Assembly: GCA_002633005.1 (NCBI GenBank)
Contig: NMRA01000823.1
Coordinates: forward strand, 1-64,000
DNA: 64,000 nucleotides
Direction: 5' to 3'
Source of the DNA: Phoronis australis
Taxonomy: Eukaryota > Animalia > Phoronida
This document shows positions 13,946 to 26,737 of the stretch, piece by piece (within the stretch, counting starts at the first letter, position 1; every line of letters begins with the position of its first letter). The notes below the pieces were generated by a model. The model saw only the letters and a list, made by a program, of their open reading frames with translations. It did not search any database and was not told the origin of the DNA. Made by a program: the position numbers and the translations under genes.

Positions 13946-14625
13946 ACCATTGCCCGCATGATGACGAATGCACGCAGCATTCAATAGCCTCTGTACAGCA
14001 CAGAGTTGAGGGTTTTTGGCAAACATCTACATATGTATACCATACATTATGGCTACAGTGAATTCATTCTTAGTCATACCGATATGCAGTGAACGACACA
14101 TAGTAAAAGAAGTTATAGCCCATGTGTCATCCAGGTTCCTCATGGGAAGTCTAAGCACACTTTTTCTGAAGTCTTGCAAAGATCATCCAAAGATGTACTG
14201 GCCGATAAAAACTACAGTTTCCGAGTCAAGTTGCACAGTTGAATCTTAAGACATGTTTGACAGGAAAGGGTTCGATTGTTGATAATCCTCAGATACTGAA
14301 TACCCATGGTCAACTAACTCTTTGCTCCTGTTGGCTTCTTAGAAACAGATGGCGAATCAATCCATTATTACATGTTTCTGTCTATCTTTAGACTGAGCTA
14401 TGAGATTGCTGACATCCATTCTTGCTGATTTCTGCAGCTGTGTGAGTTTTGAACAAAACGAAATGCCAATTAGAGACGGTGGTCACTGTCTAATCCACAA
14501 AATAATAGGAATTTTATTCAGTTGTTACATTGGCATCAACTTTTTTCGACCATGTCCTTGTCCTGTTGTTCATTTCCCATTTTTTTCCCAACAACACGTG
14601 TATTCGTGTGGTCAAGTCTAGACAT
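13946..14625 (-). pseudogene. Academ-like transposase remnant
   Basis: The minus strand reads EFTVAIMYGIHM*MFAKNPQLCAVQRLLNAACIRHHAGNG, followed by a GTATGT donor. This resembles the Academ transposase motif YxxxxxxRNxxxSxxQR as I recall it. It is convergent with the RecQ remnant. Confidence 0.5.
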
Positions 14626-14628
14626 TTG

Positions 14629-14786
14629 CAGGGGCGGATCCAGGATTTTTATTTAGGGGGGCAGAGCAGAGTATTAGCCAGGATTTTGCCCGTCAGACGG
14701 CGCACACCCGAACTGCCAAATGGAATCTGGGAGTTTTAGGGGGGGGGGGGCATGGCCCCCTTGTCCCACCTCTAAATCCGCCACTG
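14629..14786. mobile_element. MITE, CAG(G/T)GGCGGAT family, 5-bp TSD
   Basis: caggggcggatcca...taaatccgccactg. Flanks atttg/attta (4 of 5 match). Confidence 0.85.
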
Positions 14787-16800
14787 ATTTACTGTCACTG
14801 ACACTGGCACTGGTCCGGTGTGTTCCATCTGGCTAAAACTAACAGTCCGACTCGATCTGTGAGGTGATAACTAGTGAAACTGCACGACTGAAATTTTTAC
14901 AACATGTTGATAGCGTCATTCTCAAAACCAGGGGACATTATATCCGTCTTGTTTCCAAAGTAGTAAGGTGTGATTGAAACTGAAGTCTGAAGTCGAAGTC
15001 CAAGTGACCACAGTCACACAGTGATGTGTCGAAAATCACTGTGACCAATTAACCTTCAATTCAGACCCCTTTAACTCACTCTTCATGCAAATACAACCGC
15101 AGAGGCGTACGTGACTGGCCCCGGTTAGACTCCAGGTTCGGAGATTAATCTTAGTCGGCATTTACAACTGTTTTTCAGTAACATTTACATTGATTAAGAC
15201 ACGCGATAGGCCTACTGCCTAGCACAGAAGTCGCGAGCCACCACGTTTACCGAGCAAAAGGATAGAAGCAAAGATTTTATCTTTGATAGAAGTGAACTAT
15301 TTTCGCCCAGGCAAATGTAAGATTATACACGCAGTGTTGGCTTACGTAGTAAATGCTTCCTGATATTACTTTCAAAAGCGTGGGCCTGTGGTCAAGTTGT
15401 TAGCGTACTATCGTATTCCGTGACAGTTTTATCACTACGTTATTGATCACGCTTCACACCGACTGAGGTCAATTGCGTTCGGAGGCAGGAATTCTAACCT
15501 TGCTGATCAGGCATCTGAATTTCGAGCTACGGAGGCGTAAGTGTAAGTACAAATTTCCTGTGCGGTTGTTTGTTATTCCAAATATACGGGGTGCAGGGTG
15601 GCGCTTTGTGCATTTAATTGCATGTGTGTATACTCTTAGGTGACGCCATGCAGTAGTTTATTTCGTCGTCTTGACAAATCACGAAAAAGAATACGACTAC
15701 TGGTACGTGTTTAGCTCAGATCCTTTACAAATATGCAATTCTTTCAACGTCGTAAACTTTGGTTTTTATCGGGCCTCAGCTGGTCGGCATTTGTTCACTC
15801 GTTGTCGAGACACTGGGATGAACCAGGGGCATCACCTTTCCCCGCCAAGGGTAAGAACCGTTCAATTGTAAGGTGTCCATATCAGTCAGAAGTCACGAAA
15901 TCTGAGTGCATCTCTGCCAATAGCCTATCTTTGTCTCTGCTCTCCATTCTTTTCACAGGCCAGTGACTCGTATAGTGAGCTCTGACAGTACATTAGTTAA
16001 TGCATTGAGTGACCTTTACTGCTTTTAATGAGAACAATCTTGTATTTTGAACTTGGTAGCCAGGGTTATGTAGAACCGTTCACACAAAGGGTCGAAACAG
16101 ACGGATAACTACGATGATCGACCTCAAGTGGTTGCTGAGCTTACAGCCCGTTAAAATTATCGCAAACCAGTAGTCACCTTCATCCTAACCAGCTATTAAA
16201 AACAGACTACATCAGCTCGTGAAGTAGGCTATACATGTACATAATACAAGTGTAAAAGGAGTGCCCTGGACATGATTATATAATTAAGATGTATGCGCCC
16301 TCTAGTGGTCAAGTTGTGCATTACGTATGGAATTTCCTATGATTTTTGGGTCCTTTGGACATAACCATGTTTGGCCACGCTGTGGCCAGAACTTAGGAAT
16401 TATAGGCCCTGCCTTCAGATAGTGTCTGATTGGTTGAAACTGTCTAGCGTCGTCTCTGTCAGACACGAGGAGTCCAGTCACAGAGCTCAAGAAGTTAACA
16501 CCTACACTCTCACTCACACCAAATTCCAACTATTTGTGCAGCTTTCGGACTCCTCCCGAATTAGGTTGCCAATAGTTTAGCCCCAGCAATTCTCGGGCTC
16601 CTCCCGAGTTTGATTGCATCTCACCTTTCGGATCTGAATAACTAAATTGCCCCCGTTCTTACATATACAGTACAACGACTGGCCTGCCCGTGTATCAGAA
16701 TTACTGTATAAATCAAAACGCTGCGATACTAGATCATGGAACAACTGGATTGCTTGTAAGTGTGAACCATTGTATTTATATCTTCTTACAATAAACCTAT

Positions 16801-19163
16801 CGGCCAAATCACAATCAAGGTCCATATTCGGTGGCCACTTTTGGTGAAGAATGAAGGTCGTCATGTAACTGTAAAAGCTGGGTTATTTTCAAGTACCATC
16901 ATTCCAGGTTTGTAATCTAAATTATTTTTGCACAAGAACCACCCAATAAAATTTCATGGCCTAATACATCGCAGTTGTATGAAAGGGTACGTACACTACA
17001 ACTTGTGTTCACAACCCACTTCTACCATGCAAAAATTCATAAGGTAGCTTTTAGTTTTACAAATTTTTGATTAAATTGAAGAAGCATCACATACTAAAAT
17101 AAGAAAAGTTATTACCGTGCTGATCAAGTATGTCTAGATGATGATACAATGCATATCTTAATACAGTATAATGAGAACTTCCTTGTCTTGCAATATGAGG
17201 CTTACAGAAAGAAAATGACAAGTAACTACTCTTTCAAAAACTTTATTGGTGCTATTTACCTAGTTTTCAATACATTTACCAGTTGGTCAAAATAGTTAAA
17301 GCAATGTTAGGCCCAGTGTTCCACTTGTAAACAGTAAAAAATGGTACTGGTTGGGGGTTACGTAAACTACGCACAGTCAATCAACGTCAAATTTTGTCTA
17401 AGTTACAAATGTATGGGATGGTCTCGAGTTTTGTGCTGCCTCTGCTTGTTGGTTTGTTGCAAGTTGAAGTTGTCTTGAGAGATAGAGAACCTGCCTCTGC
17501 AACATCAGTTGTCACATGACTGTCTTCTAGGATTTTCAGTGCTAGCCAAGTCCTGTGTGGCATTTTATTGTCCACAAATTTGATAATGCCCATCGTTTTT
17601 TTTGTCAGACTGTATTCATTTGGGAAATATCAGTGTTGTTCATGGGATCAGCAGCTGTATGTAAAAATTCTTGTGGGCAATAGTTTATAGCACAGAGGTT
17701 GAAGGTACGTACACTACACAGGGATGCGTACACTACATTTCAATGACTTTTCAGGTTCATAAAAAATAATTAAATTCTAATGAGACTTAAATCATTTACT
17801 AATATTCAAAGAGAACAAATAAAATGTTCAGCATGCAGTCATGTGCATATCTGTCTGTCATTCTTTGAAAACAGGCACATGTTAAAATATAGGGGTACGT
17901 ACGCTACACAAATGCTAATATTTCACTCAAAACAAATGTATTTGTAATTAACACCCTTTTTACCTAGCACTTTTAATGGAGGAAGCTGTCTGTGACAATT
18001 GATGCTTACTTACCGTGTAATATTTTTGTTTCATGGTATTTATTCACATGGGGGTACGTACACTACACAGGGGTACGTACACTACATTTCAATGACATGT
18101 CAGGTTTGTAACTAAATACTAAGAATCTACTGAGAGTTAGTTGATTTAATAAATCAATTCAAAGAGAAAAAATAAAAAGCACAGCATTCATATGCATATG
18201 TGCCATACTTTGAAAATAGGCACAAATTAAAATATGGGGGTACGTACACTACACAAATGCTAATATTTCACTCAAAACAAATGTATTGGCAATAAACACT
18301 CTGTTAACCTAACATTTTCAAGGATGGAAACTGTCTATGACCAAGTGATATTTTAATTCCATGGCATTTGTTAATATGTTGGTACGTACACTACAAAAGG
18401 GGGTACGTACACTACATCACTGTTTTTGCATCACATGATAACATAATGTTGTATGGCCATTTATTTTTCTTTGGTGATAATAAGCAGCATGTTGTTATTT
18501 TAAAGGCAATAATTTCATTTGCAATGACCATTTGTATTACTGAATTCCACATGGGGGTACGTACACTACATTTTGTTAGCCTTTTTGGCCCATTTTCAAC
18601 ATAGCAGAACCCATTCAATATCCAAACTTTTGGTTTCTTTAGATATTGAATAATTTGCTGTTTTGCCTAGACTGACATATTTTGCAGTTCATTTCGTTAC
18701 AGAGTGTGAACTTTAGTTTTTAACCTTCTTTACAGTAGGTGAGGGTTAGAAACAGAATTTACAAATTTCGTAACGAGTGCCTGTTTTATGACGAACCCTA
18801 CCATTTCTCAATGATTAAGCACAACTTCATCTAATTGACTCTGAAAGTGACTCAAGTTATTCCCAGTCATATCTAAACAATTGGTTGCTTAATAAAATAA
18901 ATTTCTTTTCTACTCTTGACAGTTGAAAATTGTTATTTTTAAAGTGGCCACTCGTAACGCTAAAAATGCATGAAATTCATAGACAAAAACATGCATAAAT
19001 TTCTCAAACATTGTCCGATTTTGATGATTCTTTTTTAATTTGCACAACTAAATAACTCCTTGCATATGAGATTCAGTTGGCATTTGTTAAGTTACCACAA
19101 AAATTTATTTTAGACCGTAACACAGTCAACTCTCGAATATGGACCTTGATTGTGATTTAGCCG
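16801..19163. mobile_element. Unclassified non-autonomous DNA transposon with 30-bp TIRs and TAT on both flanks
   Basis: cggccaaatcacaatcaaggtccatattcg (16801-16830) is inverted at 19134-19163 with 1 mismatch. tat occurs at 16798-16800 and 19164-19166. Confidence 0.8.
17703..18572 (+). repeat. Higher-order tandem repeat (~320-350-bp unit, ~2.5 copies) built around GGGTACGTACACTACA
   Basis: A motif doublet occurs at ~17703, ~18051 and ~18381, and a singlet at ~17892, ~18237 and ~18554. The intervening sequences are duplicated too (e.g. aaatgctaatatttcactcaaaacaaatgtatt twice). Confidence 0.9.
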
Positions 19164-20132
19164 TATGTATTATTCATCAATTTTTAGTTTTCAATATCAC
19201 TCTCAGTCCACATCGGGCTCGTAAAATCGGGGCACCTTGGTCGTAGATACCGCCCCCGTTACACAAATATTTTCTGAAAGAAAAAAGATCTGAGATTATG
19301 AACATCTGTTTTATGATTAGGTGTCATTATATTATTAGTACGTTAACGCCTGAGCAAATGGTGTGATTGCCGTATTTTCACGGCTTGAGGTGAGCTGTCA
19401 GCTCCTGTTGCTGTGGTTCATTGGAGGCGTCATCTGTGCTTGTAGTCTCTATCCGTCTCCGTTGCAACGATATCTCATGAAGATGTGTGTGATATCACTT
19501 CTTGCCAACTTGAGAAACTTGCCTTACTTGACTGCCCACGGGAATTTTCCATTAAGAATCTCTAGAATACGCAATGTTCACGTAAGTTTTCGCTAGCTAT
19601 CACCACGCAGTACGAGCGAGCACGTGATCACGCTACACGCTTTCGCTCAGGGGCCATCAGTTTGGTAGATGATGCTTGCAAGACTCGATTCGCTTTTCAC
19701 TCGCGTGAATTGGCGTGGTCTTGCAGGTCTCGGTTTTCTTGCAAACTGCTCTATGAACGCGACCCGAGTTCATTTCTGTATTGATCTAATCTAAGATGTT
19801 TTTCGGTCTGTGATCGAAACTTTGTGCAGTCGTGCACCCTCACTGTTACATTTTATATACCCGCAAATGCAACACCGTACCATTTCATCCAGTCACAAAA
19901 GTCTGCCTGGACAGAAAAACTTTAGACTTTAATGTTCTTATCTTGCCTAATAATTATAAATAATTATAATATTTTTTGTTTTGTTGTGTTGAAAGTTCCG
20001 TTCTCTTTAGGGGTATCTTTCTCAATATCTTTTCAGAATATATGATACATTTTTCGTCATAGCAATCGCGTAATTCACAGATGGTTAGTAGCGAACACGA
20101 GACCCAATATTTCTGTTTCCGTTGTAGCTGAA

Positions 20133-20283
20133 ATGGCAGAAGCGACCAAACCCAAGTTACCCACTTTACCCACCGAAGCAAGCATTGTCACGAAAGACTT
20201 TCTCGAAGGAATCATCAGAGAGGCTGAAAACAATGAAGACTTATCTGTCATTGATTTCTCTGTCGAGCCCGCCTGTGCAGAAG
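20133..20283 (+). CDS. Ecdysteroid kinase-like (EcKL/DUF227/CHK) gene, coding exon 1
   Basis: ATG at 20133, 5 nt after an acceptor-like ttccgttgtag. Encodes 50 codons plus one G before the donor GTACAT at 20284. The phase-1 join to 22574 gives PACAEG-VNFATVVLRI, matching the EcKL N-terminal GxN(Y/F)xSxxxRV motif. Confidence 0.85.
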
Positions 20284-20481
20284 GTACATGTAAGCTATTA
20301 ATCATAATCATGTTTATAACGGATTGGTAAACGTGTATTTCGTGGGCTTCGTCACGACGGTCTGCGCCAGACAGTGAGGTCGGGCTATTTATAATAAATT
20401 TAGCAGAATCAAATGTAGGAATGCACGTTTCGATCTTCGAGTCTACTTTCAAGGAATAACTTAAGAGGATGCCATATTCTT

Positions 20482-20550
20482 CATGGGTGGGGTACCATAG
20501 TGGGCTGGGTGGGCTATACCCCCACTTCTTTCAATGATGCGCCACCCATG
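20482..20550. mobile_element. 69-bp MITE in the EcKL intron, 5-bp TSD TTCTT
   Basis: catgggtggggtac...tgcgccacccatg. ttctt occurs at 20477-20481 and 20551-20555. Confidence 0.8.
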
Positions 20551-22573
20551 TTCTTATTACAGAACTCACGAATATTAATTTCTCGCTGAAATGACGCCGA
20601 GGCTTGAGCCAGCACAATCGATAGCACGAAGTGAAGTTCATGCACAAAAGAAAAAAAATTCTTTCAATATGTATTTGTGTGTACAGTTAAAATGTCAGTG
20701 CTTTTAGTAATTTTTAATAAAAAATATAGGCCTACTGTAACAGTGTACTGTGTGAAGTGTTCAAACAGTAAACGGGGAAGACTGTCGCTCAATTCACTGT
20801 AAATTAATGGTGTTCGCCGATGATCAGTGTTCGTCGTTACCGGTACTGTGAACTTTATTACATCTTTTATTTCTAGTTTTCGATTGTACAATGTAGAATA
20901 ATAGATCACTTTATCGAAAATCTTTGGTCACTTTCATAAAAGTACCTCAAGACAGAAATTTGACTTTACGCTCCACAGAACTATTTCTAATAACGGAAGC
21001 TCACAGTAGAACAGAATCAATCATTAGATTAATTTATTTCTGTATTAACGGCCATAGACCCACTGTACGAAACAATATGTAACATACTTAAAAGTGCAGC
21101 AAGCTATCATGGAGACGAAAATCATATTTACATAGGTTAACTAATTTAGCACCATGACGTGTTGACATTAATCTATTGAACTTGAAAAAAGACGCAAAAT
21201 TTCAATAGTCCCCGCCAATATGATTTGCTCGCTATTCGGGAATATTCATCAAAGCTTTGAAGAGAATGGTACTCGTCTTCAATTGAGGCTGAAGGTCTCC
21301 AATGTGTTTGCCCTATCCAAATTCAAGTGCCTACCTACATGTGTACTTGAGACGATACCCATAACTCTTACTTACACAGACTGTTTTAAACGATACATGT
21401 ATTTTCAGGCAGTAATGTGCTCATAATCACGTAACTGAACCTTTACAACTGTGAATTGGGATCATAAGACATAACGTTTATCTTAAGTCACTCTTTAAGA
21501 AACAAACTCGAGCCTAGTAAGAGCCAATGACAGCTTTGTCAATGTGAAATTACCGACCAGAAATTCAGTTCCCTTGTTTCTATAGGTTAGTTAAAAATCA
21601 CAACTTGGAATTTTATTGAAGAACCAGTCGTCTTGACTTGTTTGCAGCATAATGTGATATCTTATGCGGGACCATAGGAACACGAACCCACCAAAAATCG
21701 CTTGAATTTTTGCCAGATTCATTAGGCACACGAACTTCACTCGAGCGATTGTGCTAGCCAGACGAGATCAATGTTACATGTATGCTGTTCAAGCCTCGTT
21801 TTGACATTGGGTTGTGAGTCGTTTTGAATTTTTAGAAATGGTTAGTGAAATCACAGATCCCCACCAGACGTCCCACATATGTGGAGGAACCTTATTCTGG
21901 TGAGATTGTCACGTGGGAGGCTTGAACTTCTTTTTAATAACCATTGAGAATTCCCTGGCGTTACGTTATTTTCGACCTCCCGGGCTTTGCTCAACAATCG
22001 AGTGCTGACTAACCTGTTCCAAATAAGGGTAATGTCGCTTTCAATAGATGAAGTTATGATTTATCAGTAATAATGTATATGTATCGGTTCATTGGTATAA
22101 TTTAGTGGTTCGTGCTGATGGTTCCATGCTCGCGGGTATAGTTGTTTGCCGGAAAGAATTCAACAAAATTTCTTTCTGAGCTGCACTTCATTCGGCCTTG
22201 TCACACAAATCTTGTTGTCAGAAGCCCGTCGTCACGGTGATACGCGGGGTTGGGACGAGCAAAATCGGATAACTCTGGCAAAAATATACACCAAATGCGA
22301 CAGTGTCCACGGGGTTCTTAGTTAGGGTGCACAACGCGGTTTTTGTCCCGATTTCGATCGTGGAGAGAATTATGCTGGCTTGGAATTCAAGCAAACTGAT
22401 TGGACGCTCGGCTGCGTCAAAGGCACAGTAAATCTTAAGACCGAAAGTAGAGTTGAAAGAAAACACAGGCACGTTAGATGAACAATTTGAAGACTGCAGT
22501 TCAGGTTTTCATTATACTCTCAGTATATAGCTAGATTTTACAGTTTCTTAAAACACAAACAGTTCTGTTTCAG

Positions 22574-23727
22574 GGGTAAACTTCGCCACGGTAGTGTTAA
22601 GAATCTACGCCAAAGTGCAAAGTCCCAATGACAAAACAGACTACAAGCTGATTCTTAAAACGCCACATGACCTTTCGATGATGAAGGCGCTAATGATAAA
22701 AGGCGGCGTGTTCAAAAAAGAATTGGTTTTCTATAGAGATATTCTTCCTGCGCTTACCACACTTCAGTGTGACTTGAACTTGGGCCTCCCACCTTTGGCA
22801 GCACCGAAGTTTTACTACGGTTTATGTGACGAAGAAAAGCTGTCCGCCATGATTGTTTTAGAAGACGCGGAAGGCTACAGAATTGCAGACGTTGGAGTTG
22901 GCCTCGACGCTCAGCACTGCAAGTTGGTTGTGGCGGAGCTGGCAAAAATGCACGCGCTGTCACTGATGTTGAAGAATAGAGATGTTGAAAACATTCGAAA
23001 ACGTTTCGATTTTGTCTTCCAAGAGACCCACTTTTCATCCATAGCGCGTCCTTTTTCCAATCCCATGTTTAACAGAGGCCTGGCAGACGCCATCGAATTG
23101 GTTTGTGAAGTGTCTGACGATGAAGACTTTAAGTCAAAGGTCAAGTCATTGCTCAGCGTGGACGCGTTTGACACCGTCCTTTCGTGCATCGAGTCCTGCG
23201 AGCCGTTTGCTGTTATTTGTCACGGAGATGCCTGGGCAAATAACATGATGTTTAAATACAAAGATGACGACCCCAACTGGCCAATTGCAGTGAAACTCCT
23301 CGACTTTCAAATGGTGCGTTACGCCTTACCGACCTCTGATTTGAGCTACTTCATGTACCTGAGTACCACACGAAGCATGCGCAAAACGCACCTGGACGAC
23401 ATCTTGAAGCATTACTTTACAGCGTTCACCAGCATTCTTGAAAACTGCAAATTTTCCTTTCCCGAGTACACATACGACGTTTTCTTGAACTGTTTCAAGA
23501 AAACAGCGATGTATGGAATTGTCTGCGCTTGCACCGGTCTACCGGCCATCATTGCAAAAATGGGCATACCCAAAGATAAAAAGGATATCGGGAAAGCCTC
23601 GGCTGAAGAAATCATGAAAACAATCGACAACATGTACGATGACCTAATGTCAAACCCTGCCGTAAAAGAAGCAATCAGAGAACGCCTGTCTGGTAACATC
23701 CAAGATGTGATAGAATTGGGAGTGTAA
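22574..23727 (+). CDS. Ecdysteroid kinase-like (EcKL/DUF227/CHK) gene, coding exon 2
   Basis: Acceptor ttctgtttcag ends at 22573. The frame is open with LILKT, FKKELVFYRDILP, IVLED, LAKMHALS, CHGDAWANNMMF (Brenner motif) and LLDFQMVRYALPTSDLSYF. Stop TAA at 23725-23727. Total 434 aa. Confidence 0.95.
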
Positions 23728-25239
23728 TTTCGCTCATGATTGTTAATACTGGATTACAATGTTTAAAAACGAGACTTATTTTCCAAAATCCCTGGCTATG
23801 TTCTAAAGGTACGGTCATAATCCCTGAGGTCCTACGAATTCAAGAGTTCGAAGATATTCCTGGTGGAGGTCGGATGTCTTCATTCTTGCGAATATCTTAC
23901 AAGCGCCATTCCATTCGCAAGAGCAACTTGAGGCATTGTTGAGAGTCGAAGTGCTGTTAGGTCGTGCGGTGGAGCTAGAGTTGTTACGTTCTTTATTTGG
24001 TTGACTTGGGAACATCATACGTTATACTGTCAGCCATCTAAGATGTTTTGTTATGCGTAACTTATATTGGTAACTGTGGGATTTTTCGCTTGGTAGAAAG
24101 ACCTTACGACTACAAGCTGATGGTGTCGAGTATTTCAATGTCTTTTCTCAAAAAGAGCGGCGCTACAGATGGAAACCTCAGAGAAACCAAGAAAAAAAGA
24201 CGACAGCAATATCTACTTGCCGTAGTTCTTGGGGAATATTAAATTACGTCTTGTAACACGGATCGAGGAATGCAGATCGGCCACTGATGTGGTGTGCACC
24301 TCTTCCTGTCTTTGCCCGACTCTAGATAACGTAAAAAATGACAAAATGTTGAAATTCAGAGTTCCTGAACAGTTTTTAATTGATAAAATAGTGTCGCAGG
24401 CATTCTTACAAGAAAAATTCGTGATTCCATCAATATTAAAAGAAAGAGGCAGAGCGGATTGAAATCAAATACAAGAAGTATCCAACCTTGTGGTGGTGTA
24501 TGAAACCCGTGCCAAGTTGTCTCCTGAGACGAGTGACTGGAGTTCTGCTCACTACGGTCTTGAACAATCAGCCTTGGCTGGCGTCAGCACTTCACCTGTT
24601 GAGCCCTATCCCTCAGCGTTGTGTCTGTCCAGCGTTAAAACTTAATTTTGCGCTTTCACAGAACCGGCCGAGTTGTTTTTGCATTCGCCTAATGGAAACA
24701 CGTTTTGGCAACTAACATTGAAGATATTGTCCAACTATGAGAGGAGTTAGATTAATTTGAAGAGTATAAGTCACGTAATTAGCCCAATGTGTTCTGCTTG
24801 TATACTGCTTTGTGGAGAAAATTGACATCTACTTATTAGACACAACACCATGATCCAGACAGGAATTGCGTAACCCAAACCAGCGTTCAAGCCACTCATC
24901 GAGTTGCAATAGTGGAAAAAACATCGGACGGGTGTCCCTAGAAAAACAACGGTTGCAAGACCTACGCCAACTATTTTTTGTAAAAGTTTAGAATGTATAT
25001 TGAAATTAGACCTGTTTTTCTCACAAGTTCAAAACCTTGTGGGAACTCATAGATTTTGTTTACCGCCTAATCAGAGACCGTTATTAGTTTCATTGATTTT
25101 ATATTTCAACATAGATATTCCACCAATCATGTAGTTTTCATGCAACAATAAGTTTTTCATTCAAGATTAGGAAAACACGCTCAATATAAACAATTAAGCG
25201 ATCTGAAAACTGATCTAGTACTTTTTATTGATCACCTGT

Positions 25240-25385
25240 CATGGGCGGCGGAGCACTGAAAAAATTGGGGGGTAGCAAAAGCCCCTCTCAGCCCGCCTGT
25301 GGTGCACCGCCTATAGACCATGTGAGGCACTGAAAAAAGTGGGGGCTTATAGCCCCCCCCAGCCTCCTATGGTGCGCCGCCCATG
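25240..25385. mobile_element. MITE, CATGGGCGGCG family, 5-bp TSD CCTGT
   Basis: catgggcggcg...cgccgcccatg. cctgt occurs at 25235-25239 and 25386-25390. A single tcacctgta at the paralogous site ~36718 looks like the empty site. Confidence 0.9.
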
Positions 25386-26737
25386 CCTGTACAGCAAGTG
25401 TTTTCGAGAGCTTCCGCTTTTAGGAAATAGCTTAACTTTAGCATTTTAAAAACAAGGGGAGCACGAAAGCGAAGTTATTTTTATGAGACCATGTGACTCC
25501 TGCATCGACAGACTTACAATTCACGATTCCCTGTCTTTAACAAAGAGAGATGAAACTGTTTTCTCTCTATTTTTATGTCGATAATGTTTCCTCTTTTAAT
25601 CATTACTGCCAATAAACCAGCACGTCGATTACTGCCAATAAACCAACACGTCGATATTGTGATCTACTGTTTTTTACCCCAAGAGCTCGCAGTGGCGGAT
25701 CTACGTTTTCAGTAAGGGGGGTTAGGATTCCCGCAAAGGTCGAATCCGAGGCGCGTGGCTCCGAGCGGGGGGAGGTCGGGACGGGGGTAAACAACTTTTT
25801 GTTTTTGTAACCAAACAGAAAAATTTCCATGCATCCTGGTACCTTTCTGGCACTTAACTTGTCCCTGGAGTATTTGTTAAGATAATTAAAAACCCTTCTC
25901 TATTTCGTCACATGAACTTGGCTCATAAGTTTCGTGAAACCATATTTGTCCACATCTGGGTATGAGTCACACCACCACCAAACATTTGTGTTGGAACATC
26001 TGCTTACACACACCTTTTTAGCATACGAAAAAGTGTAGTGTGTATACAGGGGTTTAGACAACTACCAAATATTCAAGAGCATAAGGAGCACCGACGGGGC
26101 GTAAAAACTTGAATATCAGATGATCGCAACAGCCTCAAGCTGTTTAAGAACGAAGACCTGTGCTGTTAGTCCGCTAATAAACATGTGTTCTGTCTTGTTA
26201 CGAGAAAAACTGGCGAACGATGGTGCTCTCAGCTCATAATCTATTATTAAAAGCGACAATGAACAATTAAGTACCATTTTATTAAGCTGAATCACGTTGA
26301 CAACAATTGAAAAACGTCAAATGTATCAGGAAACAAATCATCTGAAAACATTCTGTACACCATGGTGAAAAGATCAGTATACAGGAGCGGTTCGCAGAGG
26401 GACGAGATGTACACTGAGAGTACACAAAAACTCTGGCCTGGTCCCTCACGAAACCAAAAGTACACCTGTGCTTATTATCCCTATAAAAAATAGTCGATCT
26501 GTCGCGGGACCAAACAGAACTGGCTGAGATATATAGTTTTACAAAGCACACTTTGGTAAAAAACATCGGAAGCCTATAGTTCGCCGAGGGACCAGAAGTA
26601 TACTGAAACTCGATATCTACACGAATCAATCTGGCCTGGTCGGTCGCGAGACCTAAAGCGTAATTTTGAATTGAAAACTTCTCTCTAGACACTTTTTAAT
26701 CCCCAGTGGTTGCTCATACGTGTAGTTTACACATCTG

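Noticed and set aside
16985-18572. CRISPR-like array of GGGTACGTACACTACA repeats
   Set aside because: The repeat is only ~16 bp and spacing is irregular (about 20-700 bp). The spacers are copies of each other, there are no cas genes, and the array sits inside a eukaryotic TIR element.
22218-22472. Minus-strand 84-aa ORF in the EcKL intron
   Set aside because: It starts with GTG and has no confident domain match or splice support.
22754-23699. Minus-strand ORFs overlapping EcKL
   Set aside because: They are antisense shadows of a real coding exon.
23815-24715. Coding-like sequence downstream of EcKL
   Set aside because: The frames I translated contain stops and no recognisable motif. It may be 3' UTR or an old relic.
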